The notes: generated by a model not told the origin, from the letters alone. A stretch of 64,000 nt of DNA from Sedimentisphaerales bacterium (GCA_963708075.1 OY970194.1:2816001-2880000), one strand, 5' to 3'. Positions 21,155 to 31,175 are shown, counted from the first letter of the stretch. A program made the numbers and translations.

Positions 21155-22135
21155 TCATCGTTTACTCCCGACTAACGGCTGGGTCGCGACCCACTGGCCG
21201 TAAAGTTCATCAATTTGGGCCATCTCTATGCGGCCATCCCAGAGGGCTACACCATAGTGCAAGACGAGGGGTTTGCCGGCTAACACCTCCAAGGGCTCTT
21301 CGTGAAGTCTCATTGTAGCCGACAGATATGCAAACGGCTTGGCCATCGTGAACCAGGTCGCCGGATAACGTGGGTTATCGAGATGGTCGAACATCGCCAC
21401 GGTTACGAGCTTGCCGTCAGCCTTGGCCGTATATGCGCACCATCGAGAGCACAGCAGCCGCTCCTCGCCCCGGAAGATTACGCCGGGATCCCTGTCCGGG
21501 TTGCGGAACTCGCCATCAGCATCCATCGAGCGAATGAATCGCATGCCAAGCCCGTGATAGTGCGCGCCGCTGAGCAACACGGATTTCTTGCCCGCCGGGA
21601 CTGCCAGTTCACATGTCCATGTCAGAACCGTGGCGGCAGGCTGACCAGCCCGGCCGGCAGTAACTATCCGACGCTCTGATAGCATACTCTCCCCGTCATC
21701 TTGCGAGAACCACCCGATGTCTTCCGCAAAGCAGGCCCAGCGGCAACACTGCGGACCATCCACGGCGACATCCCTGATCCGCTGGTGCCATTGCTTCCCG
21801 AGCGGTGACTGCCCCGCGGTCTCACCCCAGAAATCCACGCCGTTCACGTCGCAGGCAAACATCAGGCCGTGGTGATGCACGTGGTCCGGCGGGGAATCCA
21901 ACAGCACGTTCACCCCGCCGGGCGTGAATAGCTGCTTGATATAGGGTTTGAACGAAACATCGCCAAAGCGATACTTCGAGAGGGATGCATTTCCCGTATG
22001 AATCGTCACGGAGTTCGCGTCCACAGTGACTTCCCATGGGGGTTGTACAGCAGCCACTCGTGACGCTGCCGGAGCAGTGGTGCAGAACACCGGAACAACG
22101 ATCATTGCCACAAATTCCATACACCTGCTGTTCAT
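21155..22135 (-). CDS. DUF6807 (so-called PmoA-family) secreted beta-sandwich protein
   Basis: KPYI..L.TPGG, PPDHVHHHGL, DFWGE and HYHGLGMR; signal peptide. Confidence 0.75.
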   Translation of the reverse strand: MNSRCMEFVAMIVVPVFCTTAPAASRVAAVQPPWEVTVDANSVTIHTGNASLSKYRFGDVSFKPYIKQLFTPGGVNVLLDSPPDHVHHHGLMFACDVNGVDFWGETAGQSPLGKQWHQRIRDVAVDGPQCCRWACFAEDIGWFSQDDGESMLSERRIVTAGRAGQPAATVLTWTCELAVPAGKKSVLLSGAHYHGLGMRFIRSMDADGEFRNPDRDPGVIFRGEERLLCSRWCAYTAKADGKLVTVAMFDHLDNPRYPATWFTMAKPFAYLSATMRLHEEPLEVLAGKPLVLHYGVALWDGRIEMAQIDELYGQWVATQPLVGSKR

Positions 22136-22148
22136 CTCTCCGCTCCTT

Positions 22149-22973
22149 TCATACAAACTGCTTGAGGTGCTTGATGCTTCGCTCGGCCTCGTCGATGGTG
22201 CCGCATTCGACGCTCATGACGATGTCACGCGGGGCGCCCTTGCAGAGCTCGACGATCTTCGCCCAGTCCACGACGCCGTCGCCGCAGGCACAGCCGACGG
22301 CGGTGCCGGTGACCTTGCCGCGCTCGGCTTCGGACTGCTGGACGGAGATGTCCTTGGCGTGCAGGTGCACGAGCCTGCTGCGGACGTGGCGCAGCCACTT
22401 GACCGGGTCCTCGCCGGCGAGGTAGCTGTTGCCGGTATCGAAATTGACGCCGATCGCCTTGGAGCGGACGAGCCCCACGATCTTGTCCAGCCCGTTGGGC
22501 GTTTTGCTGTACTGCTGGTGCGGCTCGATGCCGATCAGGATGCCGCGAGGCTCGGCCACGGCAGCGGCCTCCTTGAGCGTGTAACGAATCAGCGTGAAGT
22601 CCTCGTCCTCGGTCGTCCACGCCTGCTTGGGCCCTTCATCCGTATTGACCACCGGCGCCCCGCACTCGGCGGCGAAGCGGATCGCCTGCTTGAGGTACTC
22701 CGTGCCGATCTCCGGCTTGCACAGCGGCGTATGGGCGGACAAGCCGGACAGCTTGATCCCCGCCTTCTCGCACGCTCGCTTGATCCGGTACGGATCATCA
22801 AGCATCGAGACGCTGTGGAAATAGCCCGCCTCACTGAGCAGCTCGCGGCCCCAGTGCACCATGGGCTCGACGTATTCATAGCCCAACTGAGCCGCCTTCT
22901 GGACGCCCCACTCAAAAGACTTGTCCGCGTGCCGCACGTACTCCATGTTCACCCCGATCCCTACTTTTCCCAT
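22149..22973 (-). CDS. Sugar-phosphate isomerase/epimerase (AP-endonuclease-2 TIM barrel)
   Basis: GIEPH, NFDTGN, HLHAKD, GDGVVDW and SVE. Confidence 0.85.
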   Translation of the reverse strand: MGKVGIGVNMEYVRHADKSFEWGVQKAAQLGYEYVEPMVHWGRELLSEAGYFHSVSMLDDPYRIKRACEKAGIKLSGLSAHTPLCKPEIGTEYLKQAIRFAAECGAPVVNTDEGPKQAWTTEDEDFTLIRYTLKEAAAVAEPRGILIGIEPHQQYSKTPNGLDKIVGLVRSKAIGVNFDTGNSYLAGEDPVKWLRHVRSRLVHLHAKDISVQQSEAERGKVTGTAVGCACGDGVVDWAKIVELCKGAPRDIVMSVECGTIDEAERSIKHLKQFV

Positions 22974-23071
22974 CGCTGCACTCCTTCAAAATGAGTTGAT
23001 AGTTGGCGGTTCCCGGTTGACAGTAGGGGGCGAGCTTTTGCCGACAATTGTGAACTGACAACGGAGAACTC

Positions 23072-24382
23072 TCATTGGAATATCGCCCGCAGGCGGTCCA
23101 TCGTCACGAATAACAAAGACAACATCGCAATCACCCACATCGTGGGCTTCACGTCCCTGGTTTTGCCCGCCGCCAGCTTGATGAGCACGAACGAGATGAA
23201 GCCGAAGGCCAGGCCCCTGCTGATGCTGTAGCTCAAGGCGATCATCACCAGGATGATGAACGAGGGCATCGCTTCTTCCAGGTTGCTAAAGTCGATTCTC
23301 CGGATCTCCTTCATCATGAACAGGCCCACCATCACGAGCGCCGGGGCCGTCGCATACGACGGCACGATGCCGACGAGCGGCACGAACAGCAGGGCCAGGA
23401 CGAAGCACAGGGCCGTGACAAGCGCCGTCAGGCCGGTCCGCCCCCCTTGCTGAATCCCCGCGCCCGATTCGATGTAGGCCGTCACGTTCGACGTGCCGAG
23501 GACCGCGCCCACCATGCTGGCGGCCGTGTCGATCGCCAGCAGGCGGCCCAGGTCTTTGATCCTGCCGCGCTCGTCCACCATACGCGCCTCGTGACAGCAG
23601 GCGACCAGCGTGCCGATGCCGTCGAACATGTCCATGAACAACAGCGTGAACACACTGCCGAACAGGCTCCAGTGGAACGCGCCCAGAATATCCAGTCGAA
23701 ACGCCACCGGCCGGATATCGAAGTTGAAGGAGACCAGCGAGGCCGGCTTCTCGACGTATCCGAAGATCACCGCCAGTAGAGTGGAGAAGGCGATCCCGAT
23801 AAGCAGCGCCCCCTTGATTCTTCGTATCTCCAGAAATGCCATCATCAGCAGGCCGGCCAGACCGATCGCCACCGTGGCGGTCAGCGGACCGGCAGAGACG
23901 AGCGTCGCCTCGTTCTTCACGATGACTCCCATGTTGACCAGGCCAATGAACGTGATGAACAGGCCGATACCCACAGCGATGGCCGACACGAGGCTCACGG
24001 GGATGGCCTCCACCAGCCGCCTGCGCAGGCCCAGCAGCGTCAGCGTGAAACCCAGCAGGCCGGAAAGGAACACGACCCCGAGGGCGGTCTCCCACGTGAT
24101 CTGGTCCGCTTGGACGAGACTGTAGGCGAGAAACGCATTCAGTCCCATTCCCGGAGCCATGGCAATCGGAGCGTTGCCGATCAGGCCCATGACCGCCGTC
24201 ATGATGGCGCTGGCAATGCACGTGACGACGACGAGGGCCTGCTTATCCATGCCCGCGGCGCTGAGGATGGCGGGATTGACGAAGATGATGTACGCCATCG
24301 TCAGAAAGGTCGTCACTCCCGCGACCACTTCCGTCCGGGTCGTGGTCTGTCTGCTATCGAGCCGGAAGTACTCTTTGACCAT
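23072..24382 (-). CDS. NCS2-family purine permease (AzgA/PbuG-like)
   Basis: EVVAGVTTFLTMAYIIFVNP, APGMGLNAF and YIESGAGI..GGRTGLTA. Confidence 0.93.
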   Translation of the reverse strand: MVKEYFRLDSRQTTTRTEVVAGVTTFLTMAYIIFVNPAILSAAGMDKQALVVVTCIASAIMTAVMGLIGNAPIAMAPGMGLNAFLAYSLVQADQITWETALGVVFLSGLLGFTLTLLGLRRRLVEAIPVSLVSAIAVGIGLFITFIGLVNMGVIVKNEATLVSAGPLTATVAIGLAGLLMMAFLEIRRIKGALLIGIAFSTLLAVIFGYVEKPASLVSFNFDIRPVAFRLDILGAFHWSLFGSVFTLLFMDMFDGIGTLVACCHEARMVDERGRIKDLGRLLAIDTAASMVGAVLGTSNVTAYIESGAGIQQGGRTGLTALVTALCFVLALLFVPLVGIVPSYATAPALVMVGLFMMKEIRRIDFSNLEEAMPSFIILVMIALSYSISRGLAFGFISFVLIKLAAGKTRDVKPTMWVIAMLSLLFVTMDRLRAIFQ

Positions 24383-24419
24383 TGCGTCCCCTCACCTGAA
24401 CTTCATGTGCTGGCCCGAA

Positions 24420-25259
24420 TCACGGGCCCAGGCACTCGATCATCCCGGCGACCAGACTCGCCGAGTTCTTCGCTGCCAGAGAGTAGAAGATTTGCTTGTC
24501 CATCACCGCGCTCTCGTCGGCCTTGTCGCTCATGCTGCGGATCACCAGGCAGCCGACGCCCCGCTGGTAGCAGACCTGGGCAACGGCGGCCCCCTCCATC
24601 TCCACCGCATCGGCCCCGAGCTTCTCCTCAAGTTCCCTGCATTTATCCTTGGAAGCCACAAAGGCATCGCCGGTGACGATCGTCCCGGTGATCACCTTGG
24701 GAGGTCGCTTGCCGCTCTGGAGGGTGATGGGATCAAAGACCGCCTTGCGGGCGCCACAGTCAGCGGCAGCCAGGAGATTCGGGTCGGCCGGGAAGAAGAC
24801 GGGGTTGTCCTCGCCGGTGAGGCGGCTCTTGATGCCCCCGTGCTCCATGCCCTCCGGCCACAGGGTCCCCATGTCGTGGTGGGCTGTCCGCCTGGCGATG
24901 ACGATGTCGCCCGGCTCCAGGTTCGGGTCGATGGCACCTGCAATGCCCGTGAAGATGACTCGTGTCGGCCTGAAATGCTCGATCAGCAGCGTGGTCGTCA
25001 TCGCGGCATTGACCTTGCCGACCCCGGTCCACGCGACGACGATGAGTCTGTCCCCGAATCGGCCCGACATGAACGTGATGCCCTCGATCTCCTGCACCCT
25101 GGCATCGGTGAGCATCTTCTCCAGCAGCACGACCTCCGGCCGGAACGCCCCCAGCACCGCCAGAGGACGGACCGCTTGAGTCGACTTGCGTGTGGTGGTG
25201 CAGGACGTAAGCAGAAGTGTGAGTGCGAGCCAGGCAGTCACGAGAATACATCGTTTCAT
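24420..25259 (-). CDS. mtnN: 5'-methylthioadenosine/SAH nucleosidase carrying a lipoprotein signal peptide
   Basis: GVGKVNAA, FTGIAGA, TGDAFV, VEMEGAAVA and RSMSDKAD; lipobox LLTS-C. Confidence 0.88.
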   Translation of the reverse strand: MKRCILVTAWLALTLLLTSCTTTRKSTQAVRPLAVLGAFRPEVVLLEKMLTDARVQEIEGITFMSGRFGDRLIVVAWTGVGKVNAAMTTTLLIEHFRPTRVIFTGIAGAIDPNLEPGDIVIARRTAHHDMGTLWPEGMEHGGIKSRLTGEDNPVFFPADPNLLAAADCGARKAVFDPITLQSGKRPPKVITGTIVTGDAFVASKDKCRELEEKLGADAVEMEGAAVAQVCYQRGVGCLVIRSMSDKADESAVMDKQIFYSLAAKNSASLVAGMIECLGP

Positions 25260-25359
25260 CGTTTCTTCCACCCGAAAGGGGTCTCTTACGTCCCTGAGGT
25301 CGTTTCAGTCCTTTAGGTCCCCTGGAATCTCAAGGACGCCAAGGACCTCAAAGACCCAA

Positions 25360-25443
25360 TGCGAGCGAGAGGAGTCGAACCTCCACGTCCTTTCGGACAC
25401 CAGGTCCTAAGCCTGGCGCGTATGCCAATTCCGCCACGCTCGC
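25360..25443 (-). tRNA. tRNA-Leu(TAG), CCA not encoded
   Basis: GCGAGCG acceptor stem; D-arm TGGCGGAATTGGCATACGC; anticodon arm CCAGG-CTTAGGA-CCTGG; long variable arm; GGTTCGACTCC T-arm. Confidence 0.95.
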
Positions 25444-25589
25444 AGCGAACCGCCGTCTCCCCCTGCCCCAAGGGCTCCCGCCCTCACGGCCTCATCATTA
25501 TTACCCCCTGGCTGCCCTGCATCAACCGAAATCCACCATCCAGAGGTCGTCCACGCAACGCAGTTGTGACAGAACAAGCCCCATGCTGT

Positions 25590-25675
25590 GGGTGGCAGCG
25601 GCAAGCGCAGCCTGCGGAGCTTGCCGATGGCGGATGGGCAAACCATCGGTAAGCCGGCGCTTGCCGCTGCCATCC
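25590..25675. repeat. Palindromic repeat, family A (GGGTGGCAGCGGCAAG...CTTGCCGCTGCCATCC)
   Basis: One of eight copies in the window. Confidence 0.9.
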
Positions 25676-25857
25676 GAAGATACGGAATCCTCAGTCGCAA
25701 TCGGTACCAGCGGCTCCTGCCCTGCTTGCCGATTGTCCTGCGGATTCGTATAATCCCTGGCGGTGGCTATCCGACTGAGGGGCAGACTGACCATCCTGAT
25801 GGATGGGCGGCGGATGCCATGCAAGCAACAGAAGGAACAAGTGGAGAATACTGACAC

Positions 25858-26724
25858 GTGAAGTTCGGCATGCTCGTAAATCCGAAGGCGGGAGGTACAA
25901 ATGCCGCGCGCAAGGCCAGAACGCTGCAGGCGGTCAAGGATATCCTGGGCGACTGCGAGATCCGGGGCCTGGATACCCAGTCCAGGGAGGAATTCGTGCA
26001 GTGCGGGGCCGATCTGGCCCGGGAGGCCGAAATCCTGATCATCGCCGGCGGCGACGGCTCTTTTTCCGATGCCGTCAATGCCCTGGATGCCGCTACCACC
26101 TTTTCCTACCTGCCGCTTGGGTCCGGCTGCGCCCTGGGCTACGCCCTGGACCTGCCGCCGCAACTGACCCGGGCCGCCAAAAAGATCAAGGAGGGCCGAT
26201 TGCGGCATCTCGACCTGATCCTGTGCGACGGCGAGCGAAAGGCCTTCATGAGCAGCGTCGGGATCGAGGGCGACATCATCAACCGCCGCGAGGTGCTCCG
26301 CGAGAGCGGCATCACCGGCCCGCAGGCCTACGCGTGGGCCACCTTCGGCTCGTTTTTCGCCGATCTCGAGCGCGGCGACATGTCCATCCTCGTCGATGGC
26401 CAGGAGTTGGTCGTGCCGGGCGCCGTCACGGCCATCGTGACGAAAATCCCCTACTACGGGTACAAGATGAAGATGGTTCCGCACGCTGTCTTCGATGATG
26501 GCTACCTGCACCTTCTCGCCATCAACTCGAGCTGGGGCGAGATCGTCCAGAACCTGGCCAACGCCTTTCTCAACGAGAACAAGATGGGCATCTACCGCAA
26601 GGCCGGCGAGATTCAGATCACCATGCAGCGGGAGCGCTACGCCCAAGTCGACGGCAACATCTATCGCAAGGGCACGTCCTTCCATTTCAAGGTCCTGCCG
26701 AAGGTCCTGAAAATGTGGTGCTGA
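25858..26724 (+). CDS. Diacylglycerol/lipid kinase family protein (YegS/BmrU-like)
   Basis: VNPKAG, AGGDGSFSDAVN, LPLGSG and QVDG; GTG start with GGAG RBS. Confidence 0.88.
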   Translation: MKFGMLVNPKAGGTNAARKARTLQAVKDILGDCEIRGLDTQSREEFVQCGADLAREAEILIIAGGDGSFSDAVNALDAATTFSYLPLGSGCALGYALDLPPQLTRAAKKIKEGRLRHLDLILCDGERKAFMSSVGIEGDIINRREVLRESGITGPQAYAWATFGSFFADLERGDMSILVDGQELVVPGAVTAIVTKIPYYGYKMKMVPHAVFDDGYLHLLAINSSWGEIVQNLANAFLNENKMGIYRKAGEIQITMQRERYAQVDGNIYRKGTSFHFKVLPKVLKMWC

Positions 26725-26976
26725 CCCCGCGCCCCGGGTGGCACCGCCTCGATTGGACCAGACCATCCGACGCTTCACCGGCAAACAAGCTTGCCCGTGC
26801 CACCCATCCTGTGGCCAGACGGCCATCATAGGATGAATGAACCAGCCCCTTCTCTTCGGTCAGGCGCGACAGCCCCTTGCAGCCGGATGTCGCGTCCGAT
26901 AACCCTCCGGCCCTCCCTTGGCACAGCCGGGAGAGTGAATTATCCCCCCTGTCGCCCCAATTTTGGAGTTTTTTTC

Positions 26977-27005
26977 TTGACGGATGTTCAGCAACGCCCT
27001 AGCAT
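26977..27005 (+). promoter_or_regulatory. Sigma70-type promoter
   Basis: TTGACG-N17-TAGCAT upstream of the structured RNA and rny. Confidence 0.6.
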
Positions 27006-27152
27006 GGCCGACGAAATAGGCAACTGTGGACGAACAAAGTTACTGGTCATCCGTACTCTGCGTCATAGCGAAGGCTAATGCGGAGACGGATGGTACGCTG
27101 GGATGGGCATTTTTGAGCTCGTCTCATACGGTGGCTAAGTTGCGAAGACACC

Positions 27153-27348
27153 TTCATCAAGCCGATCGGAACGCGTGAAGACCCCGATGGTCTCTGTGTT
27201 CTGCGGCCCGTGAGGGCGAGTTTGGCGTGAAACGCAATCGACTCGCAAACGTGAATCGCTTTCCAGCGAGGGAGCGGTGGCATTGAGCATAAGATCAGTG
27301 AATATCCGGGCAATAACAAGTCTGCACATCGGTAGATTACCGGATGAA
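27153..27348 (+). ncRNA. ssrS: Probable 6S RNA; boundaries approximate
   Basis: Long-range pairings TTCATC/GATGAA, CCGATG/CATCGG and GCCCG/CGGGC; internal TGAATC...GGGAGC; lies directly upstream of rny-ymdB, a common 6S synteny. Confidence 0.5.
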
Positions 27349-27501
27349 CAGGGCTTAGGGCTCCTGTCGGGCTGATTTTTGGTCATTTGGCGAGTGGATT
27401 CTGCTGTTCATGGCACTTCTTTGAGCTTTCCTGCCGGCCCATGCGTCTGGCGTCCCCAGTAGCCGTAATATCGCAACGCCGTGGTGTGGAAAGGTAGGAA
27501 C

Positions 27502-29085
27502 ATGGACGCCGTATTGATGCAGTTCACGACGCTTCAAGCCGGCATCGCCACGATCGTTAGCTTCATCCTTGGGGCCTGCCTTTGGGCCATTGTCCTCCAG
27601 ATGTTCGCCAGAACACGGAACAAGACACGGGCAGAGGACCTCCAAAGGCAACTCGATGGAGCTAAACGAGAGGCGGAGAACATTATCAAATCCGCCCAGA
27701 TCGAGGCCGCCGCTGAAGCCATTAAGAAGAAAGAAGAGTTCACCGCCGAGGCCAACCAGACTCGAACCGAGTTGCGGGAGGCCGAGAACAGGCTCTCAAA
27801 ACGGGAGGATGCCCTGAATCGCCAGAGCGAATTCCTCCAGCAGCAGGAAAAGGGCCTGAAAGAGCAGGAACAGGAACTGGACCGACGACTTCGCAACACC
27901 GAGTTGAAGGACAAGCAGTTATCGGTCCTGGTCGCGCAGCAGAAGAACCAATTGCTCAAGATCACCGCTATGAGCATTGATGATGCCCGGGAGCTCCTGC
28001 TAAAACGCCTGGAAGACGAGTGCGAACACGAGATGTCCGCCCTGATCCAGCGCAAGGTCGAGGAGGCGGAAGAAACGGCGGAGGAAAAGAGCCGGCACGT
28101 GATCAGCACGGCTATCCAACGCTATGCCGCCGAGCAGACCTGCGAAGTGACCGTCTCGACCGTGGATATCCCCAACGACGACATGAAAGGCCGGATCATC
28201 GGCCGGGAAGGCCGCAACATCCGGGCCTTCGAGAAGGCCACCGGCGTCGACGTCATCGTGGACGATACCCCCGGCATGGTTGTGGTCAGCGGCTTCAACC
28301 CGGTCCGCCGGGAGGTCGCACGCCTGTCCATGGAAAGGCTCATCCAGGACGGCCGAATCCACCCCTCCCGGATCGAGGAACTGGTCGCCCAGACGAAGAC
28401 CGACGTCAACCATAAGATCTTCCAACTCGGCAAGGACGCGGCGGTCGAAACCAACGTCCGCGGCCTGCCCAATAAGGTCATGAGCGTGCTTGGGGCCCTG
28501 GCCTACAGGACCAGCTACGGCCAGAGCGTCCTGCGCCATTGCGTCGAAGTCGCCTTCCTGGCTCAGGCCATGGCCGATGAGCTCGGTCTGGACGGCTCGA
28601 TGGCCCGCAGGGCCGGCCTGCTCCACGATATCGGCAAGGCCATCGACCACGATGTCGAGGGAAGCCACCCGGATATCGGGGCCAACTACCTCAAGCGGTT
28701 CAACGAGTCACCGATCGTACTCAATGCGGTGGCCGGGCATCACGGCGATGTGCCGCCGGACAACCCGTATACGCCGCTGGTTGCCGCCGCGGACGCCATC
28801 AGTGCATCGCGGCCCGGCGCCAGACGCGAGACCCTGGAGCGGTATATCAAGCGGCTGGAGAAGCTCGAGGAAATCGCCACCAGTTTCAAGGGCGTCGAGA
28901 GCGCGTATGCCATTCAGGCCGGACGCGAGATCCGCGTCATCGTCAACGCCAACGAGGTCGATGATGAGGCGGCCATGAAGGTCGCCCGCGATATCGCTCT
29001 GAAGGTCGAGCAGGAAATGACCTATCCGGGCGAGATCCAGGTGACCCTGCTCCGCGAGGTCCGCTGCGTCGAGTACGCAAAGTAA
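27502..29085 (+). CDS. rny: Ribonuclease Y
   Basis: N-terminal TM plus coiled coil; KH motif KGRIIGREGRNIR; HD motif LLHDIGKA; SASRPGARRE. Confidence 0.97.
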   Translation: MDAVLMQFTTLQAGIATIVSFILGACLWAIVLQMFARTRNKTRAEDLQRQLDGAKREAENIIKSAQIEAAAEAIKKKEEFTAEANQTRTELREAENRLSKREDALNRQSEFLQQQEKGLKEQEQELDRRLRNTELKDKQLSVLVAQQKNQLLKITAMSIDDARELLLKRLEDECEHEMSALIQRKVEEAEETAEEKSRHVISTAIQRYAAEQTCEVTVSTVDIPNDDMKGRIIGREGRNIRAFEKATGVDVIVDDTPGMVVVSGFNPVRREVARLSMERLIQDGRIHPSRIEELVAQTKTDVNHKIFQLGKDAAVETNVRGLPNKVMSVLGALAYRTSYGQSVLRHCVEVAFLAQAMADELGLDGSMARRAGLLHDIGKAIDHDVEGSHPDIGANYLKRFNESPIVLNAVAGHHGDVPPDNPYTPLVAAADAISASRPGARRETLERYIKRLEKLEEIATSFKGVESAYAIQAGREIRVIVNANEVDDEAAMKVARDIALKVEQEMTYPGEIQVTLLREVRCVEYAK

Positions 29086-29110
29086 GCTCAGCAATTGCGA
29101 GAAACCAGAC

Positions 29111-29149
29111 GTGGGTCGAGCAGGTCCGACAGGTCCTGCTCGACCCATG
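29111..29149. other. Intergenic hairpin between rny and ymdB
   Basis: GTGGGTCGAGCAGG...CCTGCTCGACCCAT; no U-tract. Confidence 0.5.
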
Positions 29150-29169
29150 ATTGCCTTGAGATCGTTTCA

Positions 29170-30018
29170 ATGAAGATCAACATCCTATGCATCGGTGATG
29201 TCGTCGGCCGGCCGGGCCGGAGGGTCCTGGCGGACAAGCTCAGGAACCTGGTGAACGAGCGGTCCATCGACTGCGTCATCGTCAACGCGGAGAACGCCGC
29301 CGGCGGGTCCGGGCTCACCCCGCAGATCTACCAGAAGCTGCTCAACTACGGCGTGAACCTGATCACGCTGGGCGACCACGCTTTCCGCAAGCGAGATATC
29401 ATCGAGACCCTGGAGACAGCCACCAACATCGTTCGACCGGCCAACTTCTCCGAGAGCGCCGCCGGCAGAGGCACAGGCGTCTACCTGACCGGCAAGGGGA
29501 CGACCGTTGGCGTCCTGGCCCTGATCGGCCGGCTCTTCATGAAGCCGGCGGACTGCCCCTACGCCGCCGCCGACAAGTGGATTCCCAGGCTCCAGCAGCA
29601 GGCGGACATCCTCGTCGTCGATTTCCACGCCGAGGCCACCAGCGAGAAGATCGCGATGGGATACCACCTCGACGGCCGGGCCAGCGTCTGCTTCGGCACC
29701 CATACCCACGTCGCCACCGCCGACGAGACGATCCTGCCCAAAGGCCTTGCCTACATCACCGACATCGGCATGACCGGCGCCCACGACTCCGTCCTCGGCC
29801 GAAAGACCCAGAGCGTCCTGAAGTCCTTCCGCACCCAGATGCCCGTACCCTTCGAGGTCGCCACCGGCGACGTCCGCATGAACGGCATCCTCGTCACCGT
29901 GGACAGCAACACCAAGCGCGCTGAGCACATCGAGCGTATCTGCGTCAAATCCGAAATCGAGGACGCCACCCACTACGACGCCGACGACGGCCGCCCCGAA
30001 TACTTCAGCGCCTTCTAA
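29170..30018 (+). CDS. ymdB: YmdB-family (TIGR00282-type) metallophosphoesterase
   Basis: GDVVGRPG, NAENAAGG, DFHAEATSEK, GTHTHV and TDIGMTG. Confidence 0.93.
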   Translation: MKINILCIGDVVGRPGRRVLADKLRNLVNERSIDCVIVNAENAAGGSGLTPQIYQKLLNYGVNLITLGDHAFRKRDIIETLETATNIVRPANFSESAAGRGTGVYLTGKGTTVGVLALIGRLFMKPADCPYAAADKWIPRLQQQADILVVDFHAEATSEKIAMGYHLDGRASVCFGTHTHVATADETILPKGLAYITDIGMTGAHDSVLGRKTQSVLKSFRTQMPVPFEVATGDVRMNGILVTVDSNTKRAEHIERICVKSEIEDATHYDADDGRPEYFSAF

Positions 30019-30080
30019 GAACAACCTAGGCCGGACCCGGCAATTGGGTTTGTTTCACACAGCCTGGCCATTTCAAACGC

Positions 30081-30863
30081 TCAGTACGAGCCCGGCACGC
30101 CATGAGAATGCCACGCTACACGTCGCACGCACCGTGGCAGGGCCCCGGCCCCGGTCGCCGACCCTCGCAATTGGCTTTGTTTTGCAGAATCGGTCCCGCT
30201 CGTAGGGTGGGCTGTGCCCACCACTGTCTCAGCAGCCGATTGGCTTTGTTTTGCAGAACAAGGGTTGTTCATGGCCATGGGGTCGAGAGACGCAAGATGT
30301 TGCGTCTCTACAGAAGAATGCGTCGCCGACGCCCGGGCAAGCTGGAACTGGCGCAGCTCTCTGGTGGTCTTGTACAGGCAGTTCTCGATCCAGCGCTCGT
30401 ACGTCAGCAGCCGCTCCAGGGAGCGCTCATAGGCAAAGTCCCTGGCGATCATGCGGCCGATCGCCAGCCGGGGATCGGCGCTCGGATCGCTCATCAGCTC
30501 CTGCTCGTCCTCAGGCGTCAGCTCATCGGGCAAGTCCTCCATGGATTCAGCCAGTTCCTTCGCCAGCAGGGCATCGAAGACCTCGTTCTGCAGCCGTTCG
30601 GCTCGTCTGAGCCGCCACGAGAGCCCGACGAACCGCTGGGCGAGCACGCATTCGGCATCCCCCAGCGGCGACAGATCATCGAGCAGCCCGGCGCGATACC
30701 GCTCAAATTCCTGCGGATCTTCGCCCAGGACGACATCCTGCCGGGCGCACAGGCCATGCTTGAGGGCATTCATGGCGACGACGGCCTTGCCCTGCCGGGT
30801 CCTCGGCCCGGTGCTCTTGGCGGCGTTACGACGATTGGCGGTGACTTGAGCTTCTGTTGCCAT
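30081..30863 (-). CDS. Conserved hypothetical protein (ANRRNAxKSTGPRT...NALKHGL family) with a repeat-derived C-terminal tail
   Basis: Characteristic N-terminal motif; RBS AGGAGG; two SAKQSQ repeats. Confidence 0.75.
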   Translation of the reverse strand: MATEAQVTANRRNAAKSTGPRTRQGKAVVAMNALKHGLCARQDVVLGEDPQEFERYRAGLLDDLSPLGDAECVLAQRFVGLSWRLRRAERLQNEVFDALLAKELAESMEDLPDELTPEDEQELMSDPSADPRLAIGRMIARDFAYERSLERLLTYERWIENCLYKTTRELRQFQLARASATHSSVETQHLASLDPMAMNNPCSAKQSQSAAETVVGTAHPTSGTDSAKQSQLRGSATGAGALPRCVRRVAWHSHGVPGSY

Positions 30864-31004
30864 AGGCAATTCCTCCTAAATCTATGGTATTTGATTTGCG
30901 CTACATGTCATATTCCCACATTCACGGACTCGCTCATCCACTTGTCACCGGCTGCCGACCGCACTGGCGGCCGCCGTGCGTCGCTATGTCGCGACGATAC
31001 CCGC

Positions 31005-31032
31005 AGTATAACTCCAGATGCTAGTTTGTCAA
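31005..31032 (-). promoter_or_regulatory. Sigma70-type promoter for the gene at 30863
   Basis: TTGACA-N16-TATACT on the minus strand. Confidence 0.6.
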
Positions 31033-31175
31033 CTACGAAACTCCCACGGCCTCCGTGTTGCCTGCAACCTCTTGTCCCCCAAGGACTAAGGAACTATCGA
31101 AACATCCTTTAATATCATCAGTTGTGCTTATTCTGTGACACGTAGTACTCTGACCACACTAAAGATGTGAGTATC

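Noticed and set aside
21155..22135. Methane monooxygenase subunit
   Set aside because: The PmoA family label is misleading here: this is a soluble secreted protein in a sugar cluster with no pmoB or pmoC.
25360..25443. tRNA-Leu as an island integration site
   Set aside because: I saw no integrase and no duplicated tRNA 3' end in the window.
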